Origin: Octopus bimaculoides
Taxonomy: Eukaryota
Length of the DNA: 35,462 nucleotides
Reading direction: 5' to 3'
NCBI RefSeq assembly: GCF_001194135.2
Contig: NC_068981.1
Location: 10,080,918 to 10,116,379 of the forward strand
Shown: positions 1 through 10,857 of the stretch, one piece after another
Layout of the letters: the number at the start of each line of letters is the position of its first letter
How positions within the stretch are numbered: the first letter of the stretch is position 1
Translations under genes and position numbers: made by a program
Notes under the pieces: generated by a model
Told to the model about the DNA's origin: nothing
What the model saw: only the letters and a program-made list of their open reading frames with translations
Databases searched by the model: none

Positions 1-193
1 ACAAACACACACACACATATGTATATATATATATATATATATATATGACGGGCTTCTTTCAGTTTCCGTCTATCAAATCCACTCACAAGGCTTTGGTCGG
101 CCCGAGGCTATAGCAGAAGACACTTGCCCATGGTACCACGCAGTGAGACTGATCCCAGAATCATGTGGTTGGTAAGCTAACTACTTACCACAT
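1..193 (-). mobile_element. SINE-A 5' head (tRNA-like) plus start of its internal (TA)n/(TG)n tract; runs off the left edge
   Basis: Reverse complement reads TGGTAAGTAGTTAGCTTACCAACCACATGATTCTGGGATCAGTCTCACTGCGTGGTACCATGGGCAAGTGTCTTC...GGAAACTGAAAGAAGCCCGTC and then microsatellite. Closely matches the head at 22472-22635. Confidence 0.85.
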
Positions 194-599
194 AGATACA
201 TAGATGACCTAAAATATACATACATACATGGCTAGATAGATAGATAGATAGATGCATACATACATACATATATACATGGATGGATGAATATTGAAGGGCT
301 CCCTAGTTGATATCGCCATATCAGTATCCAGTTGTTAAGTCGATTTGACGATCTAGTCACGAAATGATCGTGAGAAGTGGTGGAGATTTCGACGAATAAG
401 CGTAATCTTAACGTAATTCTCATGTAGAATCAGCTTAATACTGGTCTGACAAGATCGAACTTTTAATTTTGAGACACATCAATCCTACCATGTCATGTAC
501 TGAAATTGAACTGGACGTCATGAACATGACGTGAAGTCCACAACCACTCAGTGATATATGAAAGAGCCTTTCTATATAAGCACGCACACACACACGCAC

Positions 600-770
600 A
601 GCCGGTGCCATTGTGTTTAGATCCCTGTAACTTAGTGTTTCGGCAAAAGACACCGATAGAATAATTACCAAGCTTTGAAAAATTAGTACAGGAGTTGATT
701 CGTTCGACTAAAATTCTCCAAAGTGGTGCCCTAACATGGCCACAGTCCGATGACTAAAATCGGTAAATGA
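600..770 (+). mobile_element. SINE-A 3' body/tail (diverged variant)
   Basis: TGTAACTTAGTGTTTCGGCAAAAGACACCGATAGAATAA...GGTGCCCTAACATGGCCACAGTCCGATGACTAAAA is homologous to 19915-20152 and 21535-21730. Confidence 0.75.
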
Positions 771-818
771 TGTGTGCATAAAATGTGTATGCATATATAT
801 ATATATATATATATATAT

Positions 819-1449
819 NNNNNNNNNNNNNNNNNNNNNNNNNNNNNNNNNNNNNNNNNNNNNNNNNNNNNNNNNNNNNNNNNNNNNNNNNNNNNNNNNN
901 NNNNNNNNNNNNNNNNNNNNNNNNNNNNNNNNNNNNNNNNNNNNNNNNNNNNNNNNNNNNNNNNNNNNNNNNNNNNNNNNNNNNNNNNNNNNNNNNNNNN
1001 NNNNNNNNNNNNNNNNNNNNNNNNNNNNNNNNNNNNNNNNNNNNNNNNNNNNNNNNNNNNNNNNNNNNNNNNNNNNNNNNNNNNNNNNNNNNNNNNNNNN
1101 NNNNNNNNNNNNNNNNNNNNNNNNNNNNNNNNNNNNNNNNNNNNNNNNNNNNNNNNNNNNNNNNNNNNNNNNNNNNNNNNNNNNNNNNNNNNNNNNNNNN
1201 NNNNNNNNNNNNNNNNNNNNNNNNNNNNNNNNNNNNNNNNNNNNNNNNNNNNNNNNNNNNNNNNNNNNNNNNNNNNNNNNNNNNNNNNNNNNNNNNNNNN
1301 NNNNNNNNNNNNNNNNNNNNNNNNNNNNNNNNNNNNNNNNNNNNNNNNNNNNNNNNNNNNNNNNNNNNNNNNNNNNNNNNNNNNNNNNNNNNNNNNNNNN
1401 NNNNNNNNNNNNNNNNNNNNNNNNNNNNNNNNNNNNNNNNNNNNNNNNN
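819..1449. other. Assembly gap; others at 2141-2248, 5856-6260, 13235-13971, 15668-16027, 19624-19822, 21321-21468, 23164-23697, 26303-27080, 31192-31235
   Basis: N runs; most have a simple repeat on at least one side. Confidence 0.99.
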
Positions 1450-1470
1450 TATATATATATATATTGTATT

Positions 1471-1815
1471 GTACCAGAGGTACCACCCACTCGATCTACA
1501 TTTAGGACCAGGTACTGCAATAGCCTTGGTTTCAAGAAACCACAGACCTTCAATGCTCTTCAATAAAAGTTTAAAAAATCTGCACGTGGAAGTAGATGTC
1601 TTCAAAAAGGAACTAGACATCCTCCTCTCCACAATACCGGATGAGCCAACAGCTTGACATGAGGTGCAGACGAGGGCAGCGGAATCTAACTCCCTAATAC
1701 ACCAAATATACCAACAGCCGGGACAAACGCACATACAAGAGTGGTGATGTGCCCTTGGGGTGTGCTCCAGCATGACCACGGCTGCATGGCTGAGACGAGT
1801 AAAATAGTAAAAAAG
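1471..1815 (+). mobile_element. 3' end of a non-LTR retrotransposon (LINE ORF2 C-terminus and 3' UTR), frameshifted; CR1/L2/jockey-group by motif
   Basis: Two frames join as VPEVPPTRSTFRTRYCNSLGFKKPQTFNAL / KSLKNLHVEVDVFKKELDILLSTIPDEPTA*HEVQTRAAESNSLIHQI. The GxxLFNxLP...FKxxLDxxLxxIPDEP...RAAxSNSL pattern is typical of invertebrate LINE ORF2 C-termini. Ends in an A-rich tail. The 5' part is lost in the 819-1449 gap or truncated. Confidence 0.75.
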
Positions 1816-1867
1816 TGTGTATATACATATATGTGTATATACATATATGCATATATGCATACACGTT

Positions 1868-2085
1868 AGAAACGTTAGCACGCCGGGCGAAATGCTTAGC
1901 GGTATTTCGTCTGCCGCTACGTTTTGAGTTCAAATTCCGCCGAGGTCGACTTTGCCTTTCATCCTTTCGGGGTCGATTAAATAAGTACCAGTTACGCACT
2001 GGGGTCGATATAATCGACTTAATCCCTTTGTCTGTCTTTGTTTGTCCCCTCTGTGTGTAGCCCCTTGTGGGTAGTAAAGAAATAA
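1868..2085 (+). mobile_element. SINE-B copy, tail type 1, slightly 5'-truncated
   Basis: AGAAACGTTAGCACGCCGGGCGAAATGC...GAGTTCAAATTCC (B-box)...CCCTTTGTCTGTCTTTG...GTAAAGAAATAA; near-identical to 12756, 14100, 22242 and 30526. Confidence 0.92.
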
Positions 2086-2122
<37 letters not shown>

Positions 2123-2676
2123 ACACACACACACACACATNNNNNNNNNNNNNNNNNNNNNNNNNNNNNNNNNNNNNNNNNNNNNNNNNNNNNNNNNNNN
2201 NNNNNNNNNNNNNNNNNNNNNNNNNNNNNNNNNNNNNNNNNNNNNNNNTATATATATATATATATATATGGATATGTATATCGGTATTTGTATGCGCGTG
2301 CGTGGCAGTAAAAAAAAACAGAAGAAAGAAGGGGAGAATGCGTGAGTGAGAATGAAATGTCTGTTATTTGTATTTCAAATTTGTATATCTTTACTGGCCT
2401 TTACATCTCCTATCCCCTCCCAATAGACTCTCAAAATGTGAAATTATCCACATGTTTCTATCGGGTATGTGTTTCATATCTCGCACATCTGCTTATACTA
2501 CATGCAAAGAACAGTTGAAATAAATCTTCCACTATTAAGAAAGAAATGTAATAACTGAATATTCCATAATATAGATAGGCAAGTTTTGTTTAAAAAAAAA
2601 CTGCTCACAAATCAGAGTAAACAAAATGAGTGCACGCCCACATACGCATTCTCACATGCATACTCATACACACTAC

Positions 2677-2895
2677 TATGCGGTGCTGAAAAGTCCCTCC
2701 CTTCTGGGTAAAAGAAAATACGAAAAGATCAGTTAATTATGATTTTATTCAACATATTCCTCTCTCAGATTCACACACATATTGCAGTGGTCCTTCGCTT
2801 TTTCTTAGTCATGCAAAAGAACTCGGAAGGTTGGACTTCCAACAACGCCTTTCCCGATACCCTTAAAACCAGGAACTTTTCAGCTGCCTTTCGTA
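2677..2895. mobile_element. Mariner/Tc1-type MITE (~220 bp), diverged copy 1
   Basis: Internal sequence matches 6897-7119 and 20408-20625; remnant TIRs GCTGAAAAGTCCC...GGAACTTTTCAGC; TA at both ends. Confidence 0.8.
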
Positions 2896-3573
2896 CATCA
2901 TGTATGTGTAAGTGTATGTGTTTATGTGTACGTGTTTGTGCATGTGTGTCCTTGTACTTAGAAATTCCGCGTCAGTGTCCGGCGTTCTAATGAGCCTTTA
3001 AATCCTCGGCTCTTTTGAGGCGTATCTCAAGTACAATATTACGGCGATAAAAAAAATTCCCATTACATAAGGATGATCTTGGCTATTTTAGGGATCTTCA
3101 GCGTCATCCGGAGATTATGATGGTTTCATTCAACCGAGCATCTGACATTTGAGTTATAGCCCACTGTTCCCACCTCAATAAACTATTTGTCTGTGTGTGT
3201 GTGTGTGTGTGTGTATGTGTGTGTGTGTATGTGTGCGCGTGTGCGTGTGTGTGTGTATTTCAAGTGACCAAGAGGCGTCCTCTAATTCTTAGACCGACAC
3301 CTCTTAAAGAGCACCAACACCGAACCAGAAAACCGTGCAGGCAGTCAGAAGATCGTGGGACTCTGCATTGACTTGTAAATGTACAATTTTATTATGTATG
3401 TTGAAGCAAACGTGTAAAATAATTTGCTATACATTGAAAGTATTATTTCATGATGAAGGCTACGAAACGGCTGCAATCCGAATGACAACAAGTGGTTAAA
3501 TAAATACATTCACCTCTTGTAGCTCCTGACTTATTATTATGTGTGTGGGTGTGTGTGCGTGTGTATATGTGTC

Positions 3574-3640
<67 letters not shown>

Positions 3641-4695
3641 ACGTTTACACACACACAACACACGGAAATATAGGGCATGTTTGTTTGTGAGAGAAATAGA
3701 AGTAACAAATATACAAGAGAAACGAGAAAAAACAAGAAATAAAAGATATGATTGTATGATCACATAGAAGTATGGTATACAGAAATTTCTTTCGCATTGG
3801 CATAAGCGTAAAAATGAAACTGTCTGAAGGTAGACTATTAACTTGAAAATACACATTCATCAGTTATTGGATACTGAAATACTGAAAAAAAAAACCTATA
3901 CTTCCTGCGAAATTTGTATACATTTATGTGATCTCGTATAAGATAAATGATTGCTTAAGTTTATACGTAAATGTGTTCATGAATATTGTTCTTATCTGCA
4001 TTTATATACTGGCATTTTCTTTTCATGTCTGCATGAGTATGTTACTCAATGCTCAAATGAAAACGTGTTTACGTGTGTGTTGTTGTTTTGTTCATTTACA
4101 TTCATTTATTTGTGCATATGTCTGCAAGTGTGTGTTTTGTATATGGATGTTTGAAATCAGCGTCCTTTGACGTCTTTTACGACTACATTTAGATAACGGT
4201 CGTTAACAGTGACATGTGTAATTCACTCTTGTTGAACGTCAACAGTTTAAAGTGGATTCATTCGCTTCATACAAGTATACTCGAATCTAATGTGAGCAGA
4301 AGTTTATTGGTTGAGCACCTAGCTACTCGAATTGAAGTATTTTCAACAAATACTGTTTTTTTCAAAACCGCATTCATCATCATAAAGCCACAGGCTTATT
4401 GGCTTAAAGAATAACACCTAGAACTTTACAGCAATTTATTTGGAAAGGGCTGAATAGTTTATAGAGAATGTGTTGATGTTTAATGCTTTCAATTTGCATG
4501 GGATTTTTTGAGAGTACTTTATATTTTGTTTTGTTTTTATATCTTTTTTTTTCTGAAGTACAAGGAATGCTAGTATTTAATGCTTCAATATAAATGTTGA
4601 AAAATTTATGTTAAATTATAAGTATGACATCTTTAAGTGAAAATACTGACAAAATTATATATATATATATATATATGCATGTGTGTGTGTGTGTA

Positions 4696-4747
<52 letters not shown>

Positions 4748-4840
4748 TAGGTAGAGAGAGAGAGAGAGGCGATACATATACATACATATATTCTACATAG
4801 ATAGATACAAACATATATATGTGTGTGTGTGTGTGTACAT

Positions 4841-5112
4841 AAACAATTGCAGCGGGGAAGGTGCTTGTAAGCCATTTAAAAACACAAAAACCGTTAGATT
4901 CACTTCAACATTTAAATTTAATTTGCCAAAATATTTTCGTCGTTTTGAGAACGCGACCAACGGCGAAAATATTTTGGCAAATTAAACTTAAATGTTGAAG
5001 TGAATCTAACGGATTTTGTGTGTTTTTAAATGGTTTATAAGCACCTTCCACGCAGCAATTGTTTTTGTTTCAGTACATAATCTCATATCAGGTCACTTGC
5101 TATGCAAGTACA
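4841..5112. mobile_element. Foldback/palindromic element with ~105-bp arms (4841-4944, 4959-5064) and a 14-nt spacer
   Basis: The reverse complement of the right arm aligns to the left arm at roughly 90% identity by eye (AAACAATTGC(A/T)GCG(G/T)GGAAGGTGCTT...GCCAAAATATTTTCG(T/C)CGTT). 5065-5112 may be an unpaired terminal extension. Assignment as a non-autonomous DNA transposon is inference. Confidence 0.75.
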
Positions 5113-5179
5113 TCTCCGTAATATATATATATAAGTATAATTACATATGTATGTATATTGTGAGTGTACATATATATAG

Positions 5180-5470
5180 AGAGAGAGGAAAATGAAGGGA
5201 TAAGCAAGTTAGACAGGTCAATATATAAAGTACATTAAATACAAAAACGTATATATGTTCACAGAAAGGTCCGACTTACATAGAATACAAATGATATAGA
5301 AAATTAAAGGAGTAGAAGATAAGTATTACAAATTACAGCTGTTTCTTGGGGCTTGGTGGTCCAAAATAATGTTTGTAGATTGATTCCATCCTAGGATGAG
5401 ACGAGCTCCCGTCTTCAGGGAAGCGATCTTACATTTGAGATGTTGAAGGAAAGAAGGAAATATGGACTTT
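5180..5470 (-). mobile_element. Possible Penelope-like element terminal-repeat relic
   Basis: Minus strand has CTGAAGA (5418-5412) upstream of GAAACAGCTGTA (5345-5334), as in the minimal hammerhead motifs of Penelope-like elements. Stems I and II are not intact. Confidence 0.3.
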
Positions 5471-6896
5471 TTTATATGCAAACATATACATATGTTTTTT
5501 TGTATTTTATATATTTAATATACTTTATATGTTGATTTATTTAACTTGCTTATCCCTATATTTACTTTTATACCCGCTCAAGTTTAAATCTCTTGTGCAC
5601 TACGTAGTGTATTCTATACGGGGAATACTTGATTCTCTTGTATGAACTATATATATGTGTGTGTGTCTGTGTGTGTGTGTGTGTGTGTGTCTGTGTGTGT
5701 GTGTGTGTGTGTGAAATTTTATTTAACAATAACTAAATTCTAGTATCATGACAAATTGTTTCGTAACTTAAAACATGTAAATAATTTATATTGTTATATT
5801 TAATAATAATTAAATTACTTATATGTATGCTTTAATGAAAAATGCAAATATATATNNNNNNNNNNNNNNNNNNNNNNNNNNNNNNNNNNNNNNNNNNNNN
5901 NNNNNNNNNNNNNNNNNNNNNNNNNNNNNNNNNNNNNNNNNNNNNNNNNNNNNNNNNNNNNNNNNNNNNNNNNNNNNNNNNNNNNNNNNNNNNNNNNNNN
6001 NNNNNNNNNNNNNNNNNNNNNNNNNNNNNNNNNNNNNNNNNNNNNNNNNNNNNNNNNNNNNNNNNNNNNNNNNNNNNNNNNNNNNNNNNNNNNNNNNNNN
6101 NNNNNNNNNNNNNNNNNNNNNNNNNNNNNNNNNNNNNNNNNNNNNNNNNNNNNNNNNNNNNNNNNNNNNNNNNNNNNNNNNNNNNNNNNNNNNNNNNNNN
6201 NNNNNNNNNNNNNNNNNNNNNNNNNNNNNNNNNNNNNNNNNNNNNNNNNNNNNNNNNNNNATCTATATATATATATGCACTCTGGAACTGTGTGAATTCA
6301 TATGCGTCCTTCTGTTACAGTACTTGACAACAGGAAAAACTGTACCATTGTTGCAAAATCAAGGTTTACAAAGAATATCCTGGTGATTTAATGAATATCA
6401 CGTACATTTTAATATAATTATTTGCTGTTGTTTCATACTACTTCGACAATAATTGACCAAATGAGCTATTCAAATTATATTTTACAAATAATCCATTTTC
6501 AGATTGGGTAATATTGCTTCTTGACATTTTACAACACATAATAATGTTTATATATTTTATACGGATTGAACTGGACAATCGGAAGCAAAGAGGTGTTTAA
6601 AACAGTTGGAAGGAGCGGTCTGTTTCAGCTTGGGGTTTTCTCCAACTAGTTTTCGGTACCTTGTGTTTCATTATGGTACCAAAGATGATTGGAGAGATCC
6701 CCCACAGTTGACTTATCATCGATTACTAAAGCATCAACTTGTAGAAATATGTTCATATCAACATTTAATGATGGACATTGGCATCAAAATTTACCTTTTG
6801 CCAGACTCAGTGTAATGAATGCAGCAGATGTAGCGGACGGGGGTTCGGTAACAGACGCCTTGTGATATATATTGCTTTGTTTTGATTTTAAAAATA

Positions 6897-7119
6897 TACG
6901 AGGGGGTACTGAAAAGTTCCAGGCTACGAGTAAAGGAAAATGCAGGAGAATCAGTTAACTATGATTTTACTTAACATATTCCCCCTCTCAGATTCACACA
7001 CTTATTGCAGCGGTACTTCAGTTTTTCGAAGCCCTGTAAAAAAAACTCGGAAGGTTGGGCCTCCAACTAGGCCTTTCACGAAACCCTTAAAGCCAGGAAC
7101 TCTTCAGTACCCCCTCGTG
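6897..7119. mobile_element. Mariner/Tc1-type MITE, best-preserved copy 2
   Basis: 27-bp TIRs CGAGGGGGTACTGAAAAGTTCCAGGCT (6899-6925) vs reverse complement of 7091-7117 CGAGGGGGTACTGAAGAGTTCCTGGCT, 2 mismatches. TA on the left, TG on the right. No ORF. TA-CGAGGG termini are typical of mariner-family elements. Confidence 0.9.
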
Positions 7120-7635
7120 TTAGTTTTTGCTAATTTGACTCTGTTCATTTCAGTTCCATTTTTCACGTCATTTCATCGTTTTATCTTATTTATTTAAAAT
7201 AACATTATCTAAGAGATATCAATATGGTTTAAATAACTGCATAAATCAACAGTATTATCATTCACACACCAGATTATATGACATAGCTACATAACTTCAG
7301 TAAGATGCAGATTTAGTAAATGATATCTTGCTGCTACGAAACTATTGAATATTATTAATATGTATCTTTCACAGCATAATTGTTTAGTCAACTAATAACG
7401 AATACATACATACATACACACACACGCAAGCATACATACATACATACATACATACATACATACATCTAATTCGGTTATTTTGTTTACCAGAGGAATTCGA
7501 AACGTTTAACGTTATAAATATAATAATCTATGAATATTGGATAAAGTAAGTCGAAGTCTGCCCGTGGGATTTTAAGCCACATCCTCTAGAGACATTTATT
7601 CATATCACCATATGAATACACGCGTGTGTGGGTAC

Positions 7636-7642
7636 TTATATG

Positions 7643-7700
<58 letters not shown>

Positions 7701-7716
7701 TGTGTGTGTGTATGTA

Positions 7717-7797
<81 letters not shown>

Positions 7798-7865
7798 GTA
7801 TATATGTGTGTGTGTGTATACACACACAAACATACACACACACACGCACACATACAAACACACAT
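7636..7865. repeat. Compound (TG)n/(TA)n/(CA)n microsatellite; representative of many in the window (e.g. 3540-3660, 4655-4835, 26125-26190, 31148-31293, 32860-32990, 33117-33165, 34085-34170)
   Basis: Directly visible simple repeats. Confidence 0.97.
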
Positions 7866-8311
7866 ATGGTCATGGTTTGCAATCCGTTCTTTAATAAAAA
7901 TTTCCGTTGACCCTATGTAAAAATAATTTTCTCGTTCCGAATCAACACTACATTTATGTACAATGTTGTTCTGTAAACAAACATAATTAAAATAGCATTT
8001 ATCCTTATATCTACAATCACAATTTTTAGCTATATCATTCTCTGTAATAGTATTATTATTTCTATTATTACAAAAATTGTCTAATCAGCAGTCCTTTCAC
8101 ATGGAATTTCGTCTATCTTTGAATCATTGCTCTAATGAGACATATAAAAGTGAATTGAATAGTGTATAAATCTAATAATGTGTATCAGTCGAAACAAAGT
8201 GTTGGCTCTTTTGGATTGTGAATGGCTTTTTTACATTATATTATATCATTTTATATTTATAGTATATTATGTTATATAATTATATAAATCATTGAATTGT
8301 CAACTGTATCT

Positions 8312-8346
<35 letters not shown>

Positions 8347-8347
<1 letters not shown>

Positions 8348-8653
8348 GAGCACTCCGTCGGTTACGACGACGAGGGTCCCAGCTGATACGATCAACGGAA
8401 CAGCTTGGCCGTGAAATTAATGTGCAAGTGGCTGAGTACTCTACAGACACTTAACGTAGTTCTCAAGGAGATACAGAGTGTGACAAGGCTGGCCCTTTGA
8501 AATATAGGTACTACTCATTTTTGCAAGCTGACTGAACTGGAGCAACGTGAAATATAGTGTTTTGCTCAAGGATACAACGCGTCGCCGGGAATTAAACTCA
8601 CGACCTTTCGACCGTGAGTCGAATGCCCTGACCACTAAGCCACACGCCTTCAC
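8347..8653 (-). mobile_element. SINE-C (tRNA head + CORE-like domain + tail 1), full length
   Basis: Minus strand: A-box TGGCTTAGTGGTCAG, B-box-like GAGTTTAATTCC, then TCCTTGAGCAAAACACTATATTTCACGTTGCTCCAGTTCAGTCAGCTTGCAAAAATGAG, resembling the CORE-SINE central domain. Tail shared with 23698-23835. Confidence 0.85.
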
Positions 8654-8728
8654 ACACACAAACACACACACACATATATATGTACATAGATAGAGTGTGA
8701 GAGAGAGATGTGTGTGTAACATGTGTGA

Positions 8729-8759
<31 letters not shown>

Positions 8760-8850
8760 GTATGGCGAATTTATACAAGTTTACATTAAACTGATTACTT
8801 AATATTTCATGTAGAATATATGTATATTACCAGAATAGTGCCAACAGTGA

Positions 8851-8921
8851 CTTCGAAGATTCGGCCTGCTTAGCCTCCATCGCACACTTTGATGAAGGCT
8901 AAGTAGACCAAAATTCCGAAG
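8851..8921. other. 71-nt imperfect hairpin (31-bp arms, 9-nt loop)
   Basis: Arms 8851-8881 and 8891-8921 give 24/31 Watson-Crick pairs plus 2 G-U on the + strand or 4 G-U on the - strand (paired by hand). Confidence 0.7.
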
Positions 8922-9690
8922 CTACTTTCAACACTAATCTTGTCAAAGAATGATACATGTATTAGTATGCGTGCATGCGTGTGTGTAAGAATATGTGTGC
9001 GTATGTATATGTATACTAGATAGACATTTTTAGTCAGAGCAAACATATACTTGTAGATATTGATACATCGAATGGTAGTGGGCACTATATTAGAATTGGT
9101 CATTAAACTCAAGTGACTGGTAGAAAACATTTATGAAATCAGATCTTGGAGTCTTTATTGTGAAAGGTTATCTAAGTGGAAGAAAATAGAAAAAATAACA
9201 AGAAAATAAACATCAAATAAGAATATTCTAAAAAAAGACTGTTTACAAAGGAAGTGAAAATATATTAAGTTAGAATGGAAACAAGTGCTCGAATTCGAAT
9301 CTCGTTGAATTTGTTATCATATAACATACACACAAGAGAAACATAATAAAATGTATTTGGTGGAAGGCTTTATTAATGTTCTATAAAACTACTTCAAAGC
9401 TGTTGGTATTCCTTCATCTTTTCCTACTATGTTTAATTTTCTTGGGGCTTCTACAAAAAAAAAACGGTTTATAAATAAACAGGAGAAAGTTCCAAAAGTA
9501 AAGGTTTCTTTATGTTTCTTGTTCCAATATATGGACGAAATATGATAAATAGCTGAAAGCTTGAGTTCGATTCTACTGGCTGGCATCTTTGGCAAATGTC
9601 TTGTATCGTTGCTTCAGATCAATTTCTATATTGTGAGTAAAAGTGATTTGGCGGAAATTAAGTGGATAATTTTTGGATGGACTGTACATA

Positions 9691-9953
9691 TCGTTACTAT
9701 TATGTTAAACCGTTGTATGTCCAAATTTGACCAAATGCGTTTTTTTTTTTTTTGCTTTTCAATATTTATTTTTGTTTGCAATAGCCGGTTCTTTTGGTCA
9801 AATTATCGTATCTCCTGCTGCTTCAGATGCCAAGATATCAAAACTTGTCGAAGTGTAGTACAACAGTTTTGCTATGGAATGGTGAAACTATCTTTTCGTT
9901 TTCTGAAAAAGCAACGTTTTGGACTTGCAACACTTTTGCATAATTGCAACGAT
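9691..9953 (+). repeat. Unclassified ~250-bp dispersed repeat, copy 1
   Basis: Colinear with 21056-21303 at roughly 85% identity (e.g. ATCGTATCTCCTGCTGCTTCAGATGCCAAGATATCAAAA, TTTTCGTTTTCTGAAAAAGCAACGTTTTGGACTT). Confidence 0.85.
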
Positions 9954-10563
9954 GTAATTGTAAGATCCATCTTTGTGTTACATCAAGTCTACCTGGGTCT
10001 TATGTTAGCCGCTTACACGTTAATACAACCAGCTGGTAATTCAGATGAATCAAAGAAGTGAATTCTTATCGTTGAAATCGACTGAGATCCATAGATTTTA
10101 CTGCTCCAGTGTAAACTTTAGTTTTTTGAAACTGCAAAAGCAAACAAAATTAGACGGTTTACAATGAATTTTAATGAAAGAGTCCATATTTACAGCTGGA
10201 AGAACATAGCAAAGAGAATGATGTATGAAGAAATGATTTGTGATTTTAGCGAATTTCAATATTGCTATTTACTTTCTGTCAGACTTCAGATATTAGCAGA
10301 AAATCTAAAATGACTTAATAACTTCGTTTGTAGACGTGATGTTCATTTTTCTGTGCCTCCATTGCTTAGGCTTGTGCTTCTTAACCATTATTTTTGTTGT
10401 TGCTGTTGTTGTAATGGCCCCTTTTGGTCCCTATTGCACTCGTATGGCCCCTCGTAGCCATTCGTTGTTTAAAAAAACTTATATTCTTATAACTGAACAT
10501 TATTAGGAACTGTATTTAAAGAATTGTTAAAATAATTTGTGTACTGTAGAAGTACAACCAATT

Positions 10564-10750
10564 TATTACCTCCGCCTTAGCGAAGGTGGAGGTATTGTTG
10601 TTAGTCGCGTATGTTTGTTTGTTTGTTTGTTTGTACGTGGACAAGATATCTCAAGAACCGCTGGATAGGTTCGGATGAAACTTTCAGGGATGTTTGGCCT
10701 CGTTACTGACATGAACTGATTTGATTTTGGGATCGATCCGGCACTGGACA
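10564..10750 (+). mobile_element. Helentron/HINE-like non-autonomous element fragment
   Basis: Starts TATTACCTCCGCC with a 12-bp stem-loop (10567-10594), then (GTTT)n at ~10612-10632, then AAGATATCTCAAGAACCGCTGGATAGGTTCGGATGAAACTTT. This hairpin + tetranucleotide tract + conserved core layout resembles HINE/DINE-1-type elements. Confidence 0.55.
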
Positions 10751-10857
10751 AGGAGTTGTAGTAAACACGCTTGTTCAAGTTGCCACGTAGTGAAACTTAA
10801 TCCGAAGAGAAGAACATTTCTTGAGAAAATTTCTTACCACACAGCCATGTCTGCGCC
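10750..10857 (-). mobile_element. Degenerate SINE-A head
   Basis: Minus strand AGGCGCAGACATGGCTGTGTGGTAAG...CACTACGTGGCAACTTGAACAAGCGTGTTTACTAC aligns with the head at 22635-22540. Confidence 0.6.

Noticed and set aside
708-1881. ORFs of 240-375 aa spanning gaps (also 5823-6386, 13146-14028, 15517-16071, 19481-19954, 21223-21584, 23085-23819, 26103-27251, 31016-31349)
   Set aside because: They are open only because N codons are not stops; the flanks are microsatellite translations.
6321-6863. Protein-like short frames near 6321-6382 and 6709-6863
   Set aside because: Weak donors or acceptors, incompatible phases, no recognisable motif.
7491-7545. Possible + exon (TACCAG| ... AAA|GTAAGT; EFETFNVINIIIYEYWI)
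   Set aside because: Very AT-rich; phase compatibility with 11405 is expected by chance; no other support.
7586-7920. YIYI/CVCV/THTH ORFs on both strands (also 3443-3860, 4611-4875, 34007-34248)
   Set aside because: Translations of (TA)n, (TG)n and (CA)n tracts.
8580-8653. tRNA gene candidates (A/B boxes here and in all SINE heads)
   Set aside because: No intact cloverleaf, and each continues into a SINE body and tail.
9389-9450. Possible minus-strand terminal exon (EAPRKLNIVGKDEGIPTALK*) followed by AATAAA
   Set aside because: The acceptor is a homopolymer run and no upstream partner exon was found.
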